A DNA stretch of 36,119 nt, taken from Chloroflexota bacterium (GTDB lineage: Bacteria; Chloroflexota; Dehalococcoidia; Lucifugimonadales; JADFKI01). The DNA lies in contig JAQBUT010000028.1 of the NCBI GenBank assembly GCA_027623195.1, positions 1 through 36,119 on the forward strand, read 5' to 3'. The position numbers and the translations under genes are program-made. Positions 1 to 9,245 of this stretch are shown in pieces (the first letter of the stretch is position 1; the number at the start of each line of letters is the position of its first letter). The notes under the pieces are model-generated. The model worked only from the letters and a program-made list of their open reading frames with translations. It was not told where the DNA came from and did not search any database.

Positions 1-59
1 CAGAGAGCTCGCCAATTCAGCCGATTCTCTCCACTAAGTTTTCTGTCCCACTTCGCTGA

Positions 60-2054
60 ATGACAACAGCTACAGAGTTGAGATTGCTGGATTCCCAATT
101 CGGTGGAAGCCTGGAGCAGGGAATCATCAGCGATGGTCAGCTAATAGAGCTTTCGGACAGGGCAGGCACTTACAGCGCTACTCTGGACCTCATTATTTTG
201 AGCATACCCGCTCTGCGGACATCTATAACGAACGTCGAAATCTATGGCGCCATTCGAAACTCTGAGAGCCGAACTTTGGACGCTCAACGCGAGCTTTCGT
301 TAGTGGTTGGCCAGCTGAACCAGCTAACTGGTACGGAGCCCACGATCCTCGGGGCGGTTAGAATTTCAGACGTTCAGGACAGGACATCTCAAATATCCGA
401 CACAATTGCGTCCTCCAAGGACGACCTGGACGACCTGATATCCACTGTCAGACCAGGCGAGCCCATTCCAACAGTAGGTCTGATACCTCTGGGTGATCGT
501 TTCGTGGCATCATCGGAGATACTTCTCTCCCTTTCTCAGAGCGTAGCCTCCATCAGGGCGCCTGAAGCCGACGTCGAGGCCAGAGCCAAGCTTATATCTG
601 TCGAGGACCAACTTCAGGCGTCTTCAATAGCACTGACGACAGTCTCCGGTGAAATCGCAAAGCTGTCAGATAGGCCAAGTGCGCTGGTCGACCAGTCCAT
701 TCGCAACGCCTCCGATTTTGGAAGAGTCGCGGCCGAGACCTTCAATTCGGCTGCTCAGAGCCTTCGTCTCATTCGCAACGACATAAACGCCGAAATGATC
801 ATACGGCCAGACCGGCTTATAGTGCTTGGTGAGGAGTTTCACCGCCTGGAGCAGGACGTAATGGCCGTGTCTACGTACCTTGCGCAGGCCGAGGCGAGGG
901 AAAATATCTCGGTAATTCTGACTGCATTGGCAGAGGCGAGAGGGATCTCAGACGAACTGGGCCTGGAAATTGGCGCCACGGCGGATGATTTCGGGGCTAT
1001 AGGGCAGCCTAGCGACGCCGAGGCTACCTTATATACTCAGCTGCTAGACTCGCAGCGTCAGTTGCAATTGGGTCGGCTTATTTTCGATAGGCCAACGGCC
1101 AGCATACTCGAAAAGGCCGTCACGGCTACCAGCACGGGCAAGGACGACACCCTGGCCAATGGAATTGTGGGTTTGGCTGCAGGGTTCCTGCTGGGTGTAA
1201 TCATAGTTGTAATGCTGGAATACATGGACAAGCGCTTAAGGGGCCAGGAAGATATCAAACGCCAGCTTGGACTCTCACCCCTCGGTGTAATTCCCATTGC
1301 AGCGGGTACCTGGAATCCGCACCCTCAAATTACCGTGGATTCTCCGCCTTCGACCTTCTCGGAGTCGCTACGAATGGTCAGGACGGCAGTCGACATAGGA
1401 CGCCGGCAGGAATCCGCGCAGATTTTGCTTGTGACCAGCCCCAGAGAAGGCGATGGTAAGACTACCATAGCTCTTAATCTGGCCCGGAGCATGGCCATGG
1501 AGAACAAAAAGGTGTTGCTGGTTGATGGCAATCTGCATACCCCAGAGGTGGCGTCAGCCTTTAAGCTTGAGGACCAGCGAGGTCTGAGCGACGCCCTCAA
1601 GACCAATTCGGCGCCTGCGGACTATGTGGTTGAAGTGGATGGCGTACACATTCTTCCTGGGGGCGCTTCCGTAGACAACCCGGCCGATGTTCTTGCGACG
1701 CCTAGCTTTCAAGAATTTCTTCAAGATGCCAAAAAGGATTACGACATAATAATAATGGATAGCCCTCCGGCAATTGGGTATGCAGACACCGTGATTTTGG
1801 CTAAAAATTCGGACGGCGTCATATTCACTTACAAGGCTAGGCACACTAGCGCAGGGGATGCTGAATACGCTAGTCAGATAATGCAATCTGTGGGCACGCC
1901 GACCGTCGGGGTAATTCTGAACATGGCTGGCGATCATGACTCTGGCGTAGTATTTCCCAAGGTGCGCCGAACCACACCACATCCGCCTCCGACGTCTGGA
2001 TGGCGGTCGTCTTGGATAGGGTCTAAGATCAAAAGAACCCCTAAAAGTAATTAA
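60..2054 (+). CDS. Polysaccharide co-polymerase / BY-kinase (Wzc/CapB-like), probably 5'-truncated
   Basis: Long helical region, one TM segment (NGIVGLAAGFLLGVIIVVMLEYMD), Walker A SPREGDGKTT, LLVDGNLH and IIMDSPP motifs. No N-terminal TM helix; in-frame TGA at 57-59 directly before the ATG. Confidence 0.85.
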   Translation: MTTATELRLLDSQFGGSLEQGIISDGQLIELSDRAGTYSATLDLIILSIPALRTSITNVEIYGAIRNSESRTLDAQRELSLVVGQLNQLTGTEPTILGAVRISDVQDRTSQISDTIASSKDDLDDLISTVRPGEPIPTVGLIPLGDRFVASSEILLSLSQSVASIRAPEADVEARAKLISVEDQLQASSIALTTVSGEIAKLSDRPSALVDQSIRNASDFGRVAAETFNSAAQSLRLIRNDINAEMIIRPDRLIVLGEEFHRLEQDVMAVSTYLAQAEARENISVILTALAEARGISDELGLEIGATADDFGAIGQPSDAEATLYTQLLDSQRQLQLGRLIFDRPTASILEKAVTATSTGKDDTLANGIVGLAAGFLLGVIIVVMLEYMDKRLRGQEDIKRQLGLSPLGVIPIAAGTWNPHPQITVDSPPSTFSESLRMVRTAVDIGRRQESAQILLVTSPREGDGKTTIALNLARSMAMENKKVLLVDGNLHTPEVASAFKLEDQRGLSDALKTNSAPADYVVEVDGVHILPGGASVDNPADVLATPSFQEFLQDAKKDYDIIIMDSPPAIGYADTVILAKNSDGVIFTYKARHTSAGDAEYASQIMQSVGTPTVGVILNMAGDHDSGVVFPKVRRTTPHPPPTSGWRSSWIGSKIKRTPKSN

Positions 2055-2142
2055 TTTGTAATTAAGGCACCGGCACGCTTAATATCGATAATGTCGATGT
2101 GACCGTTGAGGTCACGTCTAATCCCATCTGGAGGCAACAACT

Positions 2143-3903
2143 TTGACGGAAAATAAGACAGATTCCACGATTATTGAACCATATGGCGGCAGACTGGTAG
2201 ACCTGCTCGTTCCGCCGAACGAGGTTGGGGAGCTGAAGGCGAAAGCTAGCCACCTGCCCTCCGTTCAGGTGTCTGAGCGCATCGTATGTGACCTTGAACT
2301 TCTGGCCACAGGGGGCTTTTCTCCCTTGGACCGGTTTATGGGCAAGGAAGACCATCAGCGCGTGCTGGATGAAATGCGCCTGATGAACGGCCATCTCTTC
2401 CCCATTCCTATTACTTTTCCCGTTGACCCGAGCGAAAACATAAAACTCGGCGGACAGATTGCCATACGGAACTCCAAGAACGAGCTTCTGGCTGTCATGG
2501 ACGTGGAGGAAATCTACGAGTGGGACCGTGCAGAGGTTGCTGCGAAGGCATTTGGGACCACCGACTCGGCCCATCCACTGGTTGCGGAGATGAATCGCTG
2601 GGGTAGCCACAACATTTCCGGGGCGCTGCGAGTTTTGCAGTTGCCCTCACACCCGGATTTCCACGAATCACGACTGACGCCGGGGCAGACTAGAGAGGCT
2701 TTGGCAAGCTTTGGCTATAAGAACGTTGTTGCCTTCCAGACGAGAAATCCGCTTCACAGGGTTCACGAGGAACTGACCAAGCGTGCGGCAGAATCTGTTG
2801 GGGGCGTCTTGCTTTTGCATCCTGTGGTTGGGATGACCAGGCCAGGGGACGTCGATCATTTCACCAGGGTCAGGACGTACAAAGCCCTAACGGAAAATTA
2901 CTATGAAGGCAATAGGATATTGCTGTCGCTCCTTCCTCTTGCGATGCGCATGGCTGGCCCTCGGGAGGCCTTGTGGCATATGCTCATCCGACGCAACCAC
3001 GGAGCAAATCACTTCGTCGTTGGCAGGGATCACGCCGGGCCGGGCAACGATTCCACAGGCAAGCCCTTCTATGGACCTTACGACGCCCAGGAGATGGCGG
3101 AGGAGTTCAGCGCTGAGCTTGGCGTGAAGGTTGTGCCATTCAGCGAGCTAGTCTACCTACCAGATGAGGATAGGTATGAAGAGGTATCAAGAATACCCGC
3201 AGATACCAAGACTGCTTCTATATCCGGCACCCAGGTTAGGGACCAGTACCTGAATGCGGGACGACTGCTACCCGACTGGTTCACCAGGCCCGAGGTGGCG
3301 AGCATACTTTCTGATTCGTATCCGCCGAGGTTCCGGCAGGGCGTCTGCATATGGTTCACAGGATTGAGCGGCTCAGGCAAGTCCACGACCGCGGATATCC
3401 TGACGGTGCTGCTCATGGAACATGGCCGGCAGGTTACTGCGCTCGACGGGGACGTCGTTCGGACTCATCTATCCAAAGGCCTGGGTTTCAGCGCCGAGGA
3501 CAGAGATACGAATATCAGGCGAATCGGCTTCGTCGCCTCGGAGATAGTGCGACACGGCGGTACCGCAGTTTGCGCAGCCGTTAGCCCATACAAGGCCACT
3601 CGAGATGAGGTCAGGGCTATGGTAGGTTCAGACAAATTCATCGAAGTTTTCGTGGACACCCCTCTGGATGTTTGCGAAGGCAGAGACGTGAAAGGCATGT
3701 ATGCCATGGCTCGTCGTGGCGAAATCAAGGGATTCACTGGTATTGACGACCCTTACGAGTCACCGGAAAACCCGGAAATCACGTTGGACACGGTCACGCG
3801 TTCACCCGAAGAAAATGCCCGTCTGATCGTTGATACGATGATAAAGGATGGGTTCTTGAAGCCATCCGCGATGGTTAACGGGAAGTCCGAGAGCCACGCA
3901 TAG
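2143..3903 (+). CDS. sat-cysC: Bifunctional sulfate adenylyltransferase / adenylylsulfate kinase (PAPS synthase)
   Basis: ATP sulfurylase motifs AFQTRNPLHRVH and VGRDHAG; C-terminal APS kinase P-loop GLSGSGKST, LDGD, RDVKGMY, FTGIDDPYE; GGAGG upstream of the TTG start. Confidence 0.95.
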   Translation: MTENKTDSTIIEPYGGRLVDLLVPPNEVGELKAKASHLPSVQVSERIVCDLELLATGGFSPLDRFMGKEDHQRVLDEMRLMNGHLFPIPITFPVDPSENIKLGGQIAIRNSKNELLAVMDVEEIYEWDRAEVAAKAFGTTDSAHPLVAEMNRWGSHNISGALRVLQLPSHPDFHESRLTPGQTREALASFGYKNVVAFQTRNPLHRVHEELTKRAAESVGGVLLLHPVVGMTRPGDVDHFTRVRTYKALTENYYEGNRILLSLLPLAMRMAGPREALWHMLIRRNHGANHFVVGRDHAGPGNDSTGKPFYGPYDAQEMAEEFSAELGVKVVPFSELVYLPDEDRYEEVSRIPADTKTASISGTQVRDQYLNAGRLLPDWFTRPEVASILSDSYPPRFRQGVCIWFTGLSGSGKSTTADILTVLLMEHGRQVTALDGDVVRTHLSKGLGFSAEDRDTNIRRIGFVASEIVRHGGTAVCAAVSPYKATRDEVRAMVGSDKFIEVFVDTPLDVCEGRDVKGMYAMARRGEIKGFTGIDDPYESPENPEITLDTVTRSPEENARLIVDTMIKDGFLKPSAMVNGKSESHA

Positions 3904-3981
3904 AATTAAATATGGGCAACGGCTATATGGTAATTGATGCTTTAGGCCGCGGTTAGCCGGTTCCCTAAACCATAGGAGTAA

Positions 3982-4025
3982 AAGGCTCGCGTACATCTGA
4001 AAACGTACGCGAGCCTTCTTATTTT
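3982..4025 (+). terminator. Intrinsic terminator after sat-cysC
   Basis: Perfect 13-bp stem AAGGCTCGCGTAC/GTACGCGAGCCTT followed by CTTATTTT. Confidence 0.75.
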
Positions 4026-4247
4026 CCAATGACGGTCGCGCCGCTCTGCACCAAAGACCTGTCCGTTGTCGAAAACCGATAGGCTGGGCCTTCCATTCAA
4101 TTAGCATCTTCCAAAGTTTTTCATAAGTTGGGTTAGGTTACCCAATCCTAGATACCTCAATTCGTAAAATGATTACCAACTGAAGCCGTTTCGAAGAATA
4201 GCGTTATTTGTAGGCCGCTGGAATGGGAAACGGATTAGGAGTGACTA

Positions 4248-5510
4248 GTGGCATTTAGCTTCGTTAATACGGAAAATAAAAGCCTTAAGGATTAAAGGGC
4301 GGTCGCATTGGCCGACCAGATGGACAGAGTAGACGACCTTAGCAATTCCTTAAAAGGCGCCAGGGTCATACACGTGAACTCAACGGCAGTTGGCGGCGGT
4401 GTTGCGGGAATCCTCAAGAGCCTTGTGCCGATGATGAACGACGCAGGCACCCAAAGCGAATGGATGGTCGTGGAGGGCGTGCCTGAGTTCTTTGACGTCA
4501 CGAAACGCCTGCACAACCTACTCCAGGGCGCAGAGGGCACACTTTCCAGCGAGGAGTACGACCGCTATTACGACCATAACGCCAGGGTGGCTAAGGAGAT
4601 CGCCGACGCGGGCATCAACCCTGATGTTTGGGTACTGCACGACCCGCAAACGCTGCCTCTGGCATCACTGTTTCCGGCCGGATCAACGATTATCTGGGTA
4701 TGCCACATCGACACTACGGTACCCAATCAGCAGGTAATAGGCCAGCTTCGGCCCCTAATGCGTGAGGCCCTGCGCTTGGTATTCTCTCTGCCTCAGTATG
4801 TCGTGCATGGCCTGGAAGACAAGCGCGTGCACATCACTCCTCCGGCGATCGACCCGCTTCTGCCCAAGAATGTGGAGCCGTCTGTGGAAAGCGTCAGGGC
4901 CACATTCGTAAAAATGGGACTTGACGTTAATCGCCCGGTCATGTCGCAAGTGTCGCGTTTCGACCTTTGGAAGGACCCTTGGGGAGTCATAGACGCCTAT
5001 CGAACCGTCAAGAAGGAAATGCCTGAAGTCCAGCTAGCCATGCTAGGTGTGATAGAGGCCGAGGACGCCCCAGAGGCGTTCGATGTTCTGGAAAACGTTC
5101 GGAATTACGCAGCCAACGACAAGGATATTCACCTATATGCCGACCCCGAACTGGTTGGCCAAACGGATGTTGGCGCAATCCAGGCTGGGGCTGACGTCAT
5201 AATTCAGAAATCAATACGAGAGGGCTTCGGCTTGACGGTGACCGAGGCCATGTGGAAAGGCGCGCCCGTTATCGGCGGAAACGTTGGCGGCATACGTATC
5301 CAGATCGAAGATGAGAAGAACGGTTACCTCGTTGATTCATCCGACGAGTGTGCTGGGCGAAGGATGGCAATGCTGAACGACCCGGAGCACACTCGCGAAA
5401 TGGGCAAAGTCGCCAGGGAATCCGTCAGGCAAAAGCTCCCTACTCCCAGGCTGTTGGGTGACTACCTTTTCGCAATAAAAGAGTCCACGAAGGGTGCGCT
5501 TACCACTTAG
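4248..5510 (+). pseudogene. treT: GT4 glycosyltransferase, trehalose synthase TreT-like; interrupted by TAA at 4293-4295 (intact ORF remains at 4308-5510)
   Basis: Motifs HVNSTAVGGGVA, FFDVTKRLHNLLQG, HDPQ, QVSRFDLWKDPWGVIDAY and QKSIREGFGLTVTEAMWK. AGGAG precedes a GTG at 4248 that is in frame with 4308 and reads MAFSFVNTENKSLKD*RAVA. Confidence 0.7.
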
Positions 5511-5596
5511 GGGACGGGGCGGACCGGCCTATTTATATGCAGGAGTTCGCACCGGAAACGTTTTAGATTTCTTTTTCGGATAAATTTAGGTGACAG

Positions 5597-5640
5597 AAGT
5601 TCCCACGCCGGATAACCTGGCATGGGAACTTTTTGCTTTT
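5597..5640 (+). terminator. Intrinsic terminator after the treT-like gene
   Basis: Stem AAGTTCCCACGCCGG / CCTGGCATGGGAACTT followed by TTTGCTTTT. Confidence 0.6.
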
Positions 5641-6284
5641 GTAGGAACGGGTTATTGAACACTATTAATCACCTTGGTCTGACGCTGGCTGTGGCTGTGC
5701 CCGCTGAGTTCATCCTTCGTAATAGAACCGTTAGCGGTAGAAGAAATGAACATGGAAAAGCGCTGCCATTGGCAGGAGTTCCTGCGCGATTGGCCAACCA
5801 TTTTGATTTGGGGATTTACTTCGATTTCCGACTGGTCATGATCGGTTCCATCGTGCCGGATATTCTGGACAAACCCTTGGGGTTTTTAATCGCGCCCGAC
5901 CTGCTTAACAACAACCTTCGAACCATCGGGCACAGCGGGCTTTTCGCGCTGGCGTTCGTTCTGGCTGGCCTCGCCATACACTTCATGTTTCGCAATCCGC
6001 AAGTCCTGATTATGGCCGTATCTAGCGCAGGCCACCTGATATTGGACCAGATGTGGAACATACGAGACACCTTGCTGTGGCCATTGCTAGGACTGGAGTT
6101 CCGTCAAGGAACGACCACCCTGTCTGAATATATTTGGTTCCATGTTCATGGACTATTGGATCCGAGACCTATGGACCTGGTAACAGGTGGAATCATTCTG
6201 GTATTCATCATTTATGTGACTGTCTTTACGGGAATAAAACCCTTCCTCAAGAGCGGGAAAATACGTCCGGTTATGCCCGCTTGA
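5622..6284 (+). CDS. Membrane-bound metal-dependent hydrolase (YdjM/DUF457-like); true start probably slightly downstream
   Basis: Motif series H-LGLT, GSIVPDILDKP, RTIGHS, GHLILD and LLWP with hydrophobic helices. The ATG at 5622 lies inside the upstream terminator hairpin. Confidence 0.75.
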   Translation: MGTFCFCRNGLLNTINHLGLTLAVAVPAEFILRNRTVSGRRNEHGKALPLAGVPARLANHFDLGIYFDFRLVMIGSIVPDILDKPLGFLIAPDLLNNNLRTIGHSGLFALAFVLAGLAIHFMFRNPQVLIMAVSSAGHLILDQMWNIRDTLLWPLLGLEFRQGTTTLSEYIWFHVHGLLDPRPMDLVTGGIILVFIIYVTVFTGIKPFLKSGKIRPVMPA

Positions 6285-6407
6285 AAGAGCGTAGCGTTTT
6301 GAATTAGCTGATGCGTGCTCGCCTGATGCGGTTAGTACTCTCCACTTGGACTCTCTGGTAGTATTAGGGCCGAATGTCAAACCTAACACCAACGGAACAG
6401 GACCATT

Positions 6408-7736
6408 ATGCCTACCATTAAGGAAATCAAATCCACGGCGTTAAAGGCAATCGACTCCAGCTCGTCCGAACTTATCGGCGTGGCACAGCACATCCTCAAC
6501 AATCCGGAGCCCGGGTTTCGAGAGGAAAAGACCTCCCGCTACGTCGCAGGCAAACTGCGGGAGATGGGTATCTCCTATCAGGACGGCATTGCCATCACTG
6601 GCATCAAAGGCGTGCTGGACACTGGACGCTCAGGCCCCACCGTAGCCGTTATGGGCGAATTGGATTCTCTGAAGGTTCTGGGACACCCGCACGCCGACCC
6701 AGAGACGGCAGCAGCCCATGCCTGTGGCCACCATTGCCAGGTCGCCATGATGCTCGGGGTAGCCACCGGTCTGAAGGCGGTAGGCGTGTTGGACCATCTT
6801 TCTGGGCGCATTGTGCTCATCGCTGTGCCGGCCGAAGAGTACATCGAAGTCGAGTATCGTGATGAGCTTCGCAGGCAGGGCAAAATTGAGTTCCTCGGCG
6901 GCAAACCCGAGTTCATCAGGCTAGGCGCACTGGACGATGTGGACATGGCCATGATGACCCACACCTCGGCCAATGCGGAGGAGGGCAAGATCGCATTCGG
7001 AGGCACCAACAACGGCATAGTAGCCAAACGCATCCAGTTCCTGGGAAGGGCTTCACATGCTGGCGGCGCGCCACATGCTGGAGTAAATGCTCTCAACGCA
7101 GCCATGATAGCCTTGTCTGCCATTCACGCACAGCGCGAGACATACCGTGACGACGATACGGTGCGGATTCATCCCATCATCACCCAGGGCGGCGTCGCCG
7201 TAAGCTCTGTTCCGGCCGACGTTCGGATGGAGACCTACGTCCGGGGCAAGTCCGTTGAGGCGTTCCTCTCCGCCAGCGAGAAGGTTGATCGAGCGCTCAG
7301 GGCGGGGGCCATGGCCGTGGGCGGGAGCGTTAACATAACGACGCTGCCTGGCTACCTTCCAATTCAGAGCGACGAAACAATGCTGGGGATATACGAAAAG
7401 AACGCTGCACAACTGGTTGGCCAGGAGAATCTCGTTCGGCTCAACCACAGGACTGGCTCCACGGATATGGGTGATGTCTCTCAGCTCATGCCCGTTATTC
7501 ACCCTTACGTTGTAGCTGCAGAGGGCATCGGCCACGGGTCAGATTACGTGGTTACGGACTACGAGCTTGGGGTCATTACCGGAGCCAAGGCTATGGCCAT
7601 GACGGTCATTGACCTGCTCTCGGATGACGCTAGGGTAGCGCAGCAGGTGAAATCCGAATACCAGGCTCCCATGACCAAAGCGCAATACCTCGCCCTTATG
7701 CGCAGCATGTTCAAAGAGGGCTCCTACACGCAGTAA
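6408..7736 (+). CDS. M20 family amidohydrolase (ACY1-like/AbgB-like), copy 1
   Basis: NPEPGFRE, GELDSL, AHACGHH, PAEE, GRASHAG, GSTDMGDVS. Confidence 0.9.
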   Translation: MPTIKEIKSTALKAIDSSSSELIGVAQHILNNPEPGFREEKTSRYVAGKLREMGISYQDGIAITGIKGVLDTGRSGPTVAVMGELDSLKVLGHPHADPETAAAHACGHHCQVAMMLGVATGLKAVGVLDHLSGRIVLIAVPAEEYIEVEYRDELRRQGKIEFLGGKPEFIRLGALDDVDMAMMTHTSANAEEGKIAFGGTNNGIVAKRIQFLGRASHAGGAPHAGVNALNAAMIALSAIHAQRETYRDDDTVRIHPIITQGGVAVSSVPADVRMETYVRGKSVEAFLSASEKVDRALRAGAMAVGGSVNITTLPGYLPIQSDETMLGIYEKNAAQLVGQENLVRLNHRTGSTDMGDVSQLMPVIHPYVVAAEGIGHGSDYVVTDYELGVITGAKAMAMTVIDLLSDDARVAQQVKSEYQAPMTKAQYLALMRSMFKEGSYTQ

Positions 7737-7751
7737 ACAGGGGATTCATTC

Positions 7752-9095
7752 ATGCCAACGAACCAAGAGTTAAAAGCCAAAGCCATGGCGGCCATCGACG
7801 ACCGCGCCGACTGGCTCCTAGACGTTTCCAAGACCATACTGGCAAATCCCGAACCGGGCTTCTACGAATACAAGACCGCCGGGTACGTTAGCGGCAAGCT
7901 AGACGAACTAGGGATTGCCCATCAGGACGGTATCGCACTAACGGGCTTAAAAGGCTATTTGCGGGGAGGCCAGCCTGGTCCAACGGTTGCGGTAATTGGG
8001 GAGCTTGACTCGCTGAGGGTGCCGGGCCATCCACACGCCGACGCGGTCACCGGGGCCGCGCACGCCTGCGGACATCACTGCCAGATCGGCATGATGCTGG
8101 GCGTAGCGATAGGCATTATGGCTGCGGGCGTCCAGCAAGAACTGGCCGGCAGCGTCGCCCTTATGGCCCTGCCCGCCGAGGAATTCATCGACGTCGAGTA
8201 TCGTTACGGCCTTCATAACGAGGGCAAGCTGGGTTTCATGTCAGGCAAGCAGGAGTTCATCAGGCTTGGCGCTTTCGACGATGTGGACATGGCCATGATG
8301 GTCCATACAACTTCGTCGAGCGAAGATGGCAAGTTTGCATTGGGCGGCACAAGCAACGGCCACGTCACCAAGTATGTTAACTTCCTCGGCAAGGCCGCGC
8401 ACGCCGGGGCGTCCCCTCACATGGGAGTAAACGCGTTACAGGCAGCAACCGTCGCCTTGAACGCGCTGAACGCCCAACGTGAGACGCTACGAAACGAGAA
8501 CATAGTTCGCCTGCACGGCATAATGACGCGGGGGGGCGCATCTGTTAACTCCACGCCGGCTGATGTTCGCTATGAGGGCAGGGTACGGGGCAGGACCGCT
8601 GAGGCGATAGCCGACGCCAGCATGAAGATGGATCGTTGCATGCGAGCAGGGGCCTTGGCCATGGGCGGCAAGGTCAACATCGTCACGCTTCCGGGGTATA
8701 TGCCTGTTATCAATGATCTCGGCATGACCGATATCTTTCGGGACAACGCTGAGCAACTGGTCCCGGCTGGGGACATTATCACCCACCCTGCCGATCTGAA
8801 TCGAGGCGGCTCCACTGACATGGGAGACCTTAGCCAGATAATGCCCGTGATCCACCCTTACACTGGAGCGGCTACAGGCGCGGGTCACAGCATCGAATAC
8901 ATAGTTGAAGATTACGTGCAGGGAGTCATTAACCCAGCGAAGGCCATGGCCATGTCGGTTATCGACCTGCTGGCGAGAGGTTCCGCGAAAGCAAAAGAGG
9001 TTCTGGACGGCCACACGCCAGTAATGACGAAAGACCAGTACGTGGCGTTCCAGAACTCCCGGCTCGTTGAAGAGCTTTACGACGGTTCGGTGTAG
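7752..9095 (+). CDS. M20 family amidohydrolase (ACY1-like/AbgB-like), copy 2
   Basis: Same motifs as the preceding gene: NPEPGFYE, GELDSL, AHACGHH, PAEE, GKAAHAG, GSTDMGDLS. Confidence 0.9.
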   Translation: MPTNQELKAKAMAAIDDRADWLLDVSKTILANPEPGFYEYKTAGYVSGKLDELGIAHQDGIALTGLKGYLRGGQPGPTVAVIGELDSLRVPGHPHADAVTGAAHACGHHCQIGMMLGVAIGIMAAGVQQELAGSVALMALPAEEFIDVEYRYGLHNEGKLGFMSGKQEFIRLGAFDDVDMAMMVHTTSSSEDGKFALGGTSNGHVTKYVNFLGKAAHAGASPHMGVNALQAATVALNALNAQRETLRNENIVRLHGIMTRGGASVNSTPADVRYEGRVRGRTAEAIADASMKMDRCMRAGALAMGGKVNIVTLPGYMPVINDLGMTDIFRDNAEQLVPAGDIITHPADLNRGGSTDMGDLSQIMPVIHPYTGAATGAGHSIEYIVEDYVQGVINPAKAMAMSVIDLLARGSAKAKEVLDGHTPVMTKDQYVAFQNSRLVEELYDGSV

Positions 9096-9161
9096 CAGCG
9101 TAAGCTATCAGCCTCTTGGGCCAACTAACTTGCCTACCGTTTGTTCTTGAAGACCTGTGGG

Positions 9162-9226
9162 TCGACAGGCTCACCACGAACGTTGGCATAGTAGTCCGTT
9201 CACCCTGAGCTTGTCGAAGGATGGAC
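9162..9226. repeat. REP-like inverted pair (GTTCACCCTGAGCTTGTCGAAGG type) between convergent genes
   Basis: TCGACAGGCTCACCACGAACG (9162-9182) is a degenerate reverse complement of CGTTCACCCTGAGCTTGTCGA (9197-9217). Confidence 0.7.
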
Positions 9227-9245
9227 CTAAGAGTAACCCCGCCTA

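Noticed and set aside
57..59. TGA as selenocysteine or recoded codon
   Set aside because: No redox motif context or evident SECIS hairpin, and TGA acts as a normal stop elsewhere in the window (secE, larA).
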